A DNA stretch of 64,000 nucleotides from Thermoplasmata archaeon (GTDB lineage Archaea; Thermoplasmatota; Thermoplasmata; RBG-16-68-12; JAGMCJ01). A model generated the notes under the pieces. That model saw only the letters and a program-made list of their open reading frames with translations. It was not told where the DNA came from and did not search any database. The translations under genes were made by a program, and so were the position numbers. Of this stretch, positions 56,164 through 64,000 are shown one piece after another. The stretch spans positions 89,785 through 153,784 of the forward strand of contig JBHIFJ010000001.1 of assembly GCA_046761045.1 (NCBI GenBank), written 5' to 3'. Within the stretch, counting starts at the first letter, position 1. Every line of letters begins with the position of its first letter.

Positions 56164-56838
56164 CTATCGTCGAGACAGATCGCGCTCGACAGATACCGCC
56201 CTCGCGGCCATCCTCTCGGTCACCACTCTTTTCGCAAGGTCGTAGAACGCCCTCTCCACGTTGTCCCCCGTCTTCGCGCTGGCACGTATGCATGAGGTGC
56301 CATCGCTGAGAACGGACCAACCAGGTTCTGGCGTGGCGCTCTCAATCTCCGACTTGTTGATTACAACCTGAATCGGGACGTCACCAACGAGATCCTTGAC
56401 CACGGCAATCCAGTCTCCCACGCTTGCTATGGTCTTGTCATCCGTGGCATCGCAGACGGCGAGGACACCCTGCGTTCCATACAGATAGTCGCGCTTGAGG
56501 ATGGAATCCTTGCCTCTCATGCCGGCGATGTCCCATAGGATCATGTCGACCCTGATTTCCGCTCCGTTCCAAGGAATGACGAGGGTCTTCTTGGCTATCT
56601 TGGCACCAACCGTCTTGAGGTACTCGTCGTCGAACTGGTCCTTGACGTACCGGCGAACCAGGCTGGTCTTGCCTACGGCAGGATCACCCACCAAACATAT
56701 CTTCAGCTTGATAATCAGATTTTCCGGCGTGTCTCTCCCTCTTGCTGGTCGATTCTCCACTCCAAGGCCGTTCGCGTAAACCGGAACCACCCTGGAAATC
56801 TCCTTATGGATATTTAAATCTGGCGGTTTGATGTTCAT
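56164..56838 (-). CDS. Ras-superfamily small GTPase (paralog of 35062-35652)
   Basis: G1 GDPAVGKTS, WDIAGMRGK, NKSE, ASAKTG; ATG (rc 56836-56838) overlaps TAA of upstream gene (TAATG). Confidence 0.85.
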   Translation of the reverse strand: MNIKPPDLNIHKEISRVVPVYANGLGVENRPARGRDTPENLIIKLKICLVGDPAVGKTSLVRRYVKDQFDDEYLKTVGAKIAKKTLVIPWNGAEIRVDMILWDIAGMRGKDSILKRDYLYGTQGVLAVCDATDDKTIASVGDWIAVVKDLVGDVPIQVVINKSEIESATPEPGWSVLSDGTSCIRASAKTGDNVERAFYDLAKRVVTERMAARAVSVERDLSRR

Positions 56839-57380
56839 TACGCATAGCCCAGACCGAGCCCTTCCTTGAAGATAGTCCTGTCTAGACTCCTTCTTAGCTT
56901 GGCGTCCAGCAGCCTCTGCTTTTCTGAGAGCTGCCCTTTCCAGCCGAATTGGAGAGGCCCCTGGATCATCCCTGGAGAGTCTATCTCGCTCAGTCGCTTG
57001 GGCTCTGTGCTCAGCACACTGTCTATCGCATGCGTGAACTCTTCCCGCTCGAACTCCCCTCCGAGGAATCTGTCCAGGATGTCCGAAGGCAATGGTCTGA
57101 ATCCATAACCGGGCAAGGAAGCCGAGGCGACCTTGCGGGCCTCTGTCCTTCCTCCGATTCTGGCACCTATTGCTTTCGGATTCGGTCTGTAGAGACTGTC
57201 GACCTTTATCTGCCACAGCTCGTCCTCGGTTGAGATGAGGAAGTCTGAGTATCCTGACTTGCTCTCCTTGACGAGGACGGACCAGCCCTTTGGGTTCCTC
57301 TCGTACTTGTCGGCCAGCCTCTTCAGAATCTCTTCTCTGGTTCTGATCTCTGCCATGCCTCTGGAATATATTGAACTCAA
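56838..57380 (-). CDS. Hypothetical 180-aa protein translationally coupled upstream of small GTPase (candidate GTPase partner)
   Basis: Protein-like ORF; no recognisable family by eye. Confidence 0.55.
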   Translation of the reverse strand: MSSIYSRGMAEIRTREEILKRLADKYERNPKGWSVLVKESKSGYSDFLISTEDELWQIKVDSLYRPNPKAIGARIGGRTEARKVASASLPGYGFRPLPSDILDRFLGGEFEREEFTHAIDSVLSTEPKRLSEIDSPGMIQGPLQFGWKGQLSEKQRLLDAKLRRSLDRTIFKEGLGLGYA

Positions 57381-57433
57381 TGCTAGATAATGGTTTCCAT
57401 CAGGGACAATTTAAATACGAAGGTGGCATTGAT

Positions 57434-60400
57434 ATGGCCATCAAGAGGAGGCTTTATATGGCCGTGGGCAGCAAGTTGGCCTGCATTCTGGTTGTGGTGT
57501 CCTTTCTTCTCCTTGGCGTTGTCGTGACTGGCGCAAATACCGTCTTTTCCTCCCCTCCCGACGAGGAACCTACCGCCTATGATCCAGTCATCGCGTCAGT
57601 GGTGGCAAACGTGTCGAGGTCGCAGCTTACTGACTATCTGTGGAGCCTGCAAAACTTCACAACCAGGTATGCGTATACCAACAACCTGAACTGGTCAGCG
57701 TCCTACATACTCGAGGAGTTCGGTTCGTGCCCATTCATGACCAATGAGTCTCAATACTTCGTATATTCTGGCAGGACGTATAGGAACGTCTACGGGGTCC
57801 TTCCCGGGCTCAACCCCGTCAACAACACCGTCTACATCGTGTCTGGGCACTACGACTCATACAGCACCGTCGACCCGATGAATGAGGCTCCTGGGGCGGA
57901 TGATGATGCCAGCGGGACCTCGGTCGCCATGGAGGCGGCCAGGGTTCTGTGCGACTACAAGTTCAACTCGACCATAATATTCGCCGGATGGACCGCTGAG
58001 GAGCTGGGTCTCATCGGCAGTGACCACTTCGCCAAGAAGGCGAGAGAGGCAGGTATGGACATAGGCATGGTCCTTCAGTTCGATATGGTCGGCTACGATC
58101 CGTCGGGCCTGCTGGGTCTGGACATTGCAGCCAACTCGCCCTCCGCATGGATATTGGACAAGTTCCTGGAGGCCAATATGGACTACTCGATAGGTCTCGA
58201 CCTGACGGACTACGTGACCTCTGGAGGGGGTGGAAGCGACCACGTGTCCTTCTGGCAGCAGGGTTACCCTGCCATGATGGGAATCGAGACCGTCTTCAAT
58301 GTGCCGAATTACCACAAGCCCACGGATACGATTGACAAGCTGAACATGGGCCTCGTCACCAAGACGGCACAGGTCGCAGTCGCCGTTCTTGCGGAAATCG
58401 CGGGCATCCACACTCCTGGTGTTGGAGCCATTTATCTCAACAGGACGTCATATTTGCTGACGGACGATATAGGGATAACCCTCTATGATACCGACCTCAA
58501 CGTGAATCCCGGAATTCAGGATTTCATCGATGTGGTTATCAACAGCACATCTGAGCCCACAGGTGAGCTGGTTCCACTCGTCGAGACAGGGCCGGACACG
58601 AACGTGTTCTTCGGAAGCATACTCTCGACGCCCGTCCCCGGTGTCCCAGGTTCCCTGACAGTTTCGCATGGTGATATGATTACAGCGACGTATACAGAGG
58701 TCTCCCCGCCTGGACTAAGACAGGCCAATGCCACTGCCGATGGTTTGCCTCCTGCGATCCGGAACGTAGCAGCAACTCCGGACGTGACCTCTGCCGTCAT
58801 AACATGGGAAACGGACGAAGTGGCGGACAGCGAGGTCTCTTACGGTCTCACAACAGCACTCGGAAGCGCGGAGTCCGACGATGCCGTGAAAGAGCAGCAC
58901 AGAATCATCCTCGATGGGCTGACCCCAGACACGAAGTACTACTTCGAGGTGGCTTCCACCGATATGGCCGGAAATCGCATCATGGAAGACAACGGCGGGC
59001 TGAAGTATTCCTTCAGGACCCTGCCTGGATACACGAAGGTCCCTGGATACGGATACGTCGGCTGGGTCAGGGACGAGGAGGCCACGGGCAACCATTTTAC
59101 AGATCCCGAGGTTCTCGTGGGACACAGCAACAGGCGTTGGCCGACCTACGATGTCGACTACCTAGGCGCGGCCCAGTTCCCAACGGACCCGATACCTATC
59201 GGCGCTTCCGTCACGAATGCCAAGGTTGAGTTCTATGGCAGTAGGTGGATATATGATGGCCAGGCTTCACAATGGAATCTCAGGCTACTCGATAGTGCCA
59301 TCGATCCCGGCTGGACGACGCATGCCTTCCCAGACATTGAGGCGGCCAGTGTGGAGGCCACGGTTCCTCCCACGCTCGCCAACTCGGACCTCGATGCTTG
59401 GCAGTGGAACACCTTCGAGTTCGACCCCTCCCAGCTCGGGCTACTGGAGTCCCATCTGCTCAATGGCAGAATATCCTTCAGGCTTGATGGCCCTCGATCT
59501 CCAGCAGTGACTCTCGGTGTCCTGTTTGCATGGAGGTCAGGTTACGAGGGCGGGTCGAGCTTTGCCACTCCCTACGCGCCGAGGCTGACGGTGGCATACA
59601 CCACGACGGGAGATCTCTCCGGGCCGCTCGTCACCTCGATTGGTTTGAGCCCCAACCCGACAGAGGGAAGGCCTCTCTCCAACCTCACCGCCACGGTGTC
59701 AGATCAATTCACAGGTGCGAATGATGTTCTCGCGGCCGAGTACTTCGTGGACTTCGACCCCGGGGAGGGGAAGGGAGTGCCAATGGCCGCAACCGACGGC
59801 TCGCTGGATTCTGTGGTTGAGGATGTGAAGTATTCAATCGACGTGAGCGGTGTCTCAACTGGTCTGCACACCCTCTTCGTGAGGGGCATGGATTCCGTGG
59901 GCAACTGGGGACCCGTGCAGAGTATCGTGCTTAACGTGACGCAGGGTGACACGATACCTCCACTTCCAGCTGCGAACGTGACGGCAAGTCTGGAAGGGGC
60001 CTCCCTCGAGGATCTGAACATAACCTGGAACCTCTCTCCAGATGACGGCCTCGACGTGGCGAACTATGCCATTTACAGAGGTTCCGCGTACGACAACGGT
60101 GGTCAGGGCTACTCCTTCCTTGCGAGTCTTCCTCCGGGTTCGAGTAACTACCTCGATGCAGGTGCAGGACGCAACGACTCGAGTGACTACTACTATGTTG
60201 TCTGTTCCAACGACACCAGGGGCAATTGCGGAATGAGCGAGAGCCAGGGCGGGAAGAAGGTTCTGAATCTTCCTTCGGGTGAGCATCTTGTCTCGGTGCC
60301 CTTCCTTCAATCGAGCGCGGAATTTTGGAAGGACGTGTCGATGGCCTCGTACAGCTCAATCAGGGCGTACGACCCAACCTTCTCGTCGTCCGGATGGAGG

Positions 60401-60745
60401 ACCTATGCTCCATTCAGGCATGTGGACACGCTCACGACGGTCGATTATTCCGTCGGGATATGGGTCAACATCACATCCAATTCGCAGCTGATTCTCGCAG
60501 GCTCGGTCTTGCCCCAGTTCACGATTCAGTTGAAGGCAGGGTGGAATCTCGTGGGCTTTCCTTCTCCCACGTCCAGGTCGGTGAGCAATGCCTTGGCGGG
60601 AGTTCCCTATCTCTCTGTCGAAGGATACGATACAGGCTCTCCGCCGTATTTTCTAAGAGAATTCACCCCGAGCGAGTTCCTTGATCCAGGCATGGGATAC
60701 TGGATAGAAGTTGCCTCCGATGCAGTCTGGACGATTGCGAACTAG
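57434..60745 (+). CDS. Secreted M28-family zinc aminopeptidase with FN3/Ig-like domains and tandem-duplicated C-terminal 'GWNLxSxP...GYWxEV' domain
   Basis: Start ATG 57434 with GAAGGTGG SD; signal peptide LACILVVVSFLLLGVVVTG; M28 motifs HYDSY...DDDASGTSVAMEAARVL...FAGWTAEELGLIGS; FN3 (ITWETDEVADSEVSYG). Confidence 0.8.
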   Translation: MAIKRRLYMAVGSKLACILVVVSFLLLGVVVTGANTVFSSPPDEEPTAYDPVIASVVANVSRSQLTDYLWSLQNFTTRYAYTNNLNWSASYILEEFGSCPFMTNESQYFVYSGRTYRNVYGVLPGLNPVNNTVYIVSGHYDSYSTVDPMNEAPGADDDASGTSVAMEAARVLCDYKFNSTIIFAGWTAEELGLIGSDHFAKKAREAGMDIGMVLQFDMVGYDPSGLLGLDIAANSPSAWILDKFLEANMDYSIGLDLTDYVTSGGGGSDHVSFWQQGYPAMMGIETVFNVPNYHKPTDTIDKLNMGLVTKTAQVAVAVLAEIAGIHTPGVGAIYLNRTSYLLTDDIGITLYDTDLNVNPGIQDFIDVVINSTSEPTGELVPLVETGPDTNVFFGSILSTPVPGVPGSLTVSHGDMITATYTEVSPPGLRQANATADGLPPAIRNVAATPDVTSAVITWETDEVADSEVSYGLTTALGSAESDDAVKEQHRIILDGLTPDTKYYFEVASTDMAGNRIMEDNGGLKYSFRTLPGYTKVPGYGYVGWVRDEEATGNHFTDPEVLVGHSNRRWPTYDVDYLGAAQFPTDPIPIGASVTNAKVEFYGSRWIYDGQASQWNLRLLDSAIDPGWTTHAFPDIEAASVEATVPPTLANSDLDAWQWNTFEFDPSQLGLLESHLLNGRISFRLDGPRSPAVTLGVLFAWRSGYEGGSSFATPYAPRLTVAYTTTGDLSGPLVTSIGLSPNPTEGRPLSNLTATVSDQFTGANDVLAAEYFVDFDPGEGKGVPMAATDGSLDSVVEDVKYSIDVSGVSTGLHTLFVRGMDSVGNWGPVQSIVLNVTQGDTIPPLPAANVTASLEGASLEDLNITWNLSPDDGLDVANYAIYRGSAYDNGGQGYSFLASLPPGSSNYLDAGAGRNDSSDYYYVVCSNDTRGNCGMSESQGGKKVLNLPSGEHLVSVPFLQSSAEFWKDVSMASYSSIRAYDPTFSSSGWRTYAPFRHVDTLTTVDYSVGIWVNITSNSQLILAGSVLPQFTIQLKAGWNLVGFPSPTSRSVSNALAGVPYLSVEGYDTGSPPYFLREFTPSEFLDPGMGYWIEVASDAVWTIAN

Positions 60746-62022
60746 GCAACGGCCTCAGGGGCTTCAGGCGCGGCCTCGATTTCTTCAGCAGTCCTCTTCA
60801 GTGTCGGTGCAAGTTCGCCAAGATAGAGCCCGATGAACGAGTCCTGTTTCCCAATCCAGTCGGCCATCATCACTATGGGCATCATCACCGTGATGAACGG
60901 ATAGTAGAGAGTCTCATCTTCATGCGCGCCTGTCATAATCTCGAAAGCCCTTGAGGCGTATCTTGCGAGCCCGTACAGGTGGCTGGAATAGTCGCCTGCG
61001 GTCAGGCGTGGATTGTATCCCTGCAGGGTCTTGAGGTTCGAGATCTCCTCCTCCCTCAGTGATATGAGCGAGAGGTTCGCAATCCCCTCCTTGAGGTCCT
61101 GGTAGATGTGCACGATGTTGTTCAGATACACGATTACCACGTCGTAGTAATACCATCCCTCTAGGAGGGCATCGATGTGGCCGATGTCGAGTGGCTTGTC
61201 GCAGAAGGACATGTCAATAAGATTGTACCTCGTCCCCCCGCTGACGTAGTTTGCCAGGCGGTCGTACCACCCAAGGTCATCCGCGGGGGCATAGAACTTC
61301 GAGGCGATCTTTCTTATCTTGTTGGTGTCCAGGGAGGTTTCCTTCTGAAACATGGTCAATGCCTGACCCAACGTCACTCTCTCGTCCAGAACCTCCATCT
61401 GATAGAAGAACTCGTGCCCGTGAGGCGATTCCACGAAGATCTTGTTGAAGTTGGCGGTGATATTTGTCATCAGATCGAAAAGGCTCAGCTGCTCCTGCTT
61501 CATCATCGATATCAGCTTTTTCTTGAAAGCGTTTATCTTGAAGTCCGGGTCGGTCATCGAGGACAGAACATGGTGGTAGAGGTCCTTTGCTTCGATGTAC
61601 GAGTATTTCTGCGTGTCTATCAGGTCATCCAGAATTCCTGTCTGGCATTTGTACAGGATCTTCGCAATCATCGATTTTCTCAGGTTTTCCGACGACATGA
61701 ACCTGTAGTACTTCTGAGATATCATGGTGGCGCCGGCTGCGAACCTCAGTGTCTGGACATAGTTCCATGTGTCGCCCGTGTTGTCCAGCACTGGGCTGTT
61801 GCTCATTCCAGGTGGTCTGAGTGCTATTGTCCTTCCTCCGTTCGATTCTCTCAGTCTCGATAGATTGCGGCGCACTTCGTTGATGTGCCATTCGAGCCTT
61901 GACTTGCTGATTCCTAGATCTAGGTTGTCGAGGAGGCTCTCTGCATAACCTCCAAGCTTGGTAACCATGTTCGACAGCACGTCGATGTCCTCCGAGCTGA
62001 GCTCGACTGTTCTCCTTGCCAT
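60742..62022 (-). CDS. Isoprenoid-synthase-fold protein (terpene/prenyl synthase-like) with DDxxD motif
   Basis: GILDDLIDTQ aspartate-rich motif, all-alpha-like composition; C-terminal Ala/Pro/Glu tail. Confidence 0.45.
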   Translation of the reverse strand: MARRTVELSSEDIDVLSNMVTKLGGYAESLLDNLDLGISKSRLEWHINEVRRNLSRLRESNGGRTIALRPPGMSNSPVLDNTGDTWNYVQTLRFAAGATMISQKYYRFMSSENLRKSMIAKILYKCQTGILDDLIDTQKYSYIEAKDLYHHVLSSMTDPDFKINAFKKKLISMMKQEQLSLFDLMTNITANFNKIFVESPHGHEFFYQMEVLDERVTLGQALTMFQKETSLDTNKIRKIASKFYAPADDLGWYDRLANYVSGGTRYNLIDMSFCDKPLDIGHIDALLEGWYYYDVVIVYLNNIVHIYQDLKEGIANLSLISLREEEISNLKTLQGYNPRLTAGDYSSHLYGLARYASRAFEIMTGAHEDETLYYPFITVMMPIVMMADWIGKQDSFIGLYLGELAPTLKRTAEEIEAAPEAPEAVA

Positions 62023-62165
62023 AAAGTGGAACTCTCCCAGGACAGCCTCAGGGTGCAAGATTCGAATGGCAACGGATTAATATTCTTTTGAGAAAATCAA
62101 AATTGATTATCTATTTCGAGATTGAGAACGTCTCGCCCTCGCTCCATCTTGCCAGAATTATCATT

Positions 62166-63557
62166 ATGGATAACGACAACGACATCATTTTTAAGCCGCG
62201 AAATGGGTGGAAAGACGACCAGAAGCTAAGAGATGGGGGTAGTCAGATACTCCAATACATCAGCGCCTTTGTTGCCCTGACAATGTCAGCTGTCATAGTG
62301 ATAGCGCTGCTCAGGCAGAGAACAATGAAGGCCTTTCACAAGACGATTCTCATAATATCCATTCTCTTCCTCGTCTGCGCTATTTCTGCTCACCTCTTCA
62401 TATATACGGCGGTTGCCCAGACGGACTTCAGTAGTTTCGTCACTGTAAGTAAGAAGATACAAGCAACATTTGACCTTCTGATGGGAATAATGGCGGGCGC
62501 CTTCGCTGTCGTCATCGCCAACCCCGAGATGATGGGCGCGAGGGATCTTGGCAGATATCTCCGCAGGGAGTTCCCAAGCGCATACATCTTCTACCTTATC
62601 ATCATGACCGGAGCCATAATCTCCACCATAATCGCACCGGTGGAGGTGGTGTATGAGGGTGGGAGCACCTTCACATTCACCTTCCCTCTCTGGTTTATCG
62701 CGATGCTGGCCATCGCTTCGATTGCGACGGTCCTTTTCATACCCTGCAAGCTGATTAGCTACCTGATGAGGACAAAACTGCCGAAATCCGTGGTCTTCAA
62801 CACCTACCTCATCCTGATTGGCATGGTCTCATACACATTATCCGAGCTGTTCTTTGAAGTCGTGCTGCCCAGTCAGTCCATCGACCTCAGAGGCATCGGG
62901 TTCGTGTTCGGGATCTTGATGCTCGGACTTGTGGCCTACGCTGTGAGGGGTCCGAGCTACCTTCAGGAGCTGGTCGTCCCGGTTTCCGAGGCGAATCTGG
63001 GTACACAGAGGAGGTTTGAGCTTCACGACGGGCAGAGCTATCTCATTGTCGACACGAGTCCCAATCTGAGCTTTGAGGTCTTCAGAGACCTCGTCACCCA
63101 TGGATATCAGGGTCTCTGCATCACACGGCTCCCTCCGAGGCGGGTGAGAAGTGAGTTCTCCCTGGAGAAGACCCCTGTTCTATGGCTGAGCAGAGTTTCC
63201 GGTGACAAGGACACGATACGACCCTGGCCATTGGAGGGCATCTCTAGAGCTGTCGAGCACTTCGTTTCGACCGGCGAGAAGACGGTCGTTCTTCTCGACG
63301 GCCTAGAGTACATCATCTCTCACAACGATTTCCAGTCCTCGCTTACTTTGCTGCATGACCTCAATGAAAGGATGGCTATGAAGGACTCCATACTCATCCT
63401 GCCTCTCGATCCCGAGGCGCTTGAGGAAAAGGAGTTCGCCCTCATCAGAAGGGATCTAGTCGAATTGGAACCCTCTGCCGTGCGAAACATCATGAGAGAG
63501 GTGATCATGGAAGAGGATTTCACGAAGGGATTGACGAAGGAAAAGGCTGAGACCTAA
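62166..63557 (+). CDS. Multi-TM membrane protein with C-terminal cytoplasmic DUF835-like domain
   Basis: 7-8 TM helices then ..GLCITRLPP...VLWLS...VVLLDGLEYIISHNDF..LLHDLNE.. pattern. Confidence 0.6.
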   Translation: MDNDNDIIFKPRNGWKDDQKLRDGGSQILQYISAFVALTMSAVIVIALLRQRTMKAFHKTILIISILFLVCAISAHLFIYTAVAQTDFSSFVTVSKKIQATFDLLMGIMAGAFAVVIANPEMMGARDLGRYLRREFPSAYIFYLIIMTGAIISTIIAPVEVVYEGGSTFTFTFPLWFIAMLAIASIATVLFIPCKLISYLMRTKLPKSVVFNTYLILIGMVSYTLSELFFEVVLPSQSIDLRGIGFVFGILMLGLVAYAVRGPSYLQELVVPVSEANLGTQRRFELHDGQSYLIVDTSPNLSFEVFRDLVTHGYQGLCITRLPPRRVRSEFSLEKTPVLWLSRVSGDKDTIRPWPLEGISRAVEHFVSTGEKTVVLLDGLEYIISHNDFQSSLTLLHDLNERMAMKDSILILPLDPEALEEKEFALIRRDLVELEPSAVRNIMREVIMEEDFTKGLTKEKAET

Positions 63558-63577
63558 CCATTCTGGAGCGTGAAGGA

Positions 63578-64000
63578 ATGAAGAAGCTGAGTTCGATGGT
63601 AGTGCTGTCTACAATCATCGTTCTGTCCGCATCGTCCGGGAGTTCGACAGGACAGGTTGTTCTGCCGAACTACGAACAAGGGAACTCGTGGATCTATTCT
63701 TCGAACATGACCTACCCCCCTGGATTCTTGCTGGCAGGGATAGTGGAGATGGAGATTACAGACGTCGAGTCGGTATTCGTCGACTCACCATACGAAACCC
63801 TCAGGAATGAGATCATCGGTAACGGAACCTTCTCGGGCGTCTATGAGGGCTTCAACGTCTCCGGGAACTGGACAATGGTGGGACTGGAGAACTGGGATGT
63901 TGTGAGCTACGAGATAGTCAGGTCCGAGACGACGCTTGTCTTCCGCGGTATCATTGATATGGGAGTTCCCCTCAACTTCTACCTGAGTGCGCAGAACACC
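63578..64000 (+). CDS. Secreted hypothetical protein, N-terminal part (runs off window end)
   Basis: ATG 63578 after GAAGGA; signal peptide MKKLSSMVVLSTIIVLSASSGSS; no stop in window. Confidence 0.5.
   Translation, partial: MKKLSSMVVLSTIIVLSASSGSSTGQVVLPNYEQGNSWIYSSNMTYPPGFLLAGIVEMEITDVESVFVDSPYETLRNEIIGNGTFSGVYEGFNVSGNWTMVGLENWDVVSYEIVRSETTLVFRGIIDMGVPLNFYLSAQNT

Noticed and set aside
1-64000. CRISPR arrays, transposases, integrases, prophage remnants
   Set aside because: No regular repeat-spacer arrays; no ORFs resembling transposase or integrase; the only tandem repeats are coding repeats (coiled-coil, acidic tails).

Overview
This is a 64 kb archaeal chromosomal segment at roughly 58-60% GC, probably from an uncultivated euryarchaeon, possibly Thermoplasmatota-like (inference). 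The archaeal assignment rests on archaeal-type housekeeping genes, an intron-containing tRNA and an archaeal-type RNase P RNA. Genes sit on both strands with several start/stop overlaps (ATGA, GTGA, TAATG).

Housekeeping content:
- Proteasome beta subunit, adjacent to the N-terminus of aCPSF1/FttA.
- ProRS, TyrRS, RlmE, a Trm5-family methyltransferase, a Trm56 fused to an HD domain, an Lhr-type helicase, a TldD/TldE pair, plant-type asparaginase, 5-formyl-THF cyclo-ligase, an OB-fold SSB-like protein, and a B12-binding radical SAM enzyme with a divergent wHTH regulator.
- An ABC transporter ATPase/permease pair, an MFS permease coupled to an SDH-family ClpP-fold serine protease, and a MarC-family membrane protein.
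- RNAs: tRNA-Asn(GUU) with a 15-nt canonical intron, tRNA-Met/Ile2(CAU), and an unlisted RNase P RNA at about 48538-48824.

Accessory content is dominated by very large secreted or surface proteins:
- 1303-5340: beta-helix plus PKD domains.
- 17481-21542: PKD-rich, with an embedded GATase1-like domain.
- 35792-39898: about ten FN3 domains plus a PKD domain.
- Several of these end in a single TM helix followed by an acidic Pro/Glu-rich cytoplasmic tail and/or a Cys4 zinc ribbon.
- The cluster at 51753-60745 holds three secreted hydrolases (a PHP phosphoesterase, an unknown enzyme with a CBM-like domain, and an M28 peptidase). All three end in the same tandem-duplicated ~70-aa C-terminal domain, which I could not assign to a known anchoring family.

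Two paralogous Ras-like small GTPases lie in this surface-protein context. One is immediately upstream of the giant FN3 protein. The other is translationally coupled to an upstream 180-aa unknown protein, inside the secreted-hydrolase cluster. This may be a GTPase-linked surface-protein module.

No CRISPR arrays, transposases or integrases were seen.
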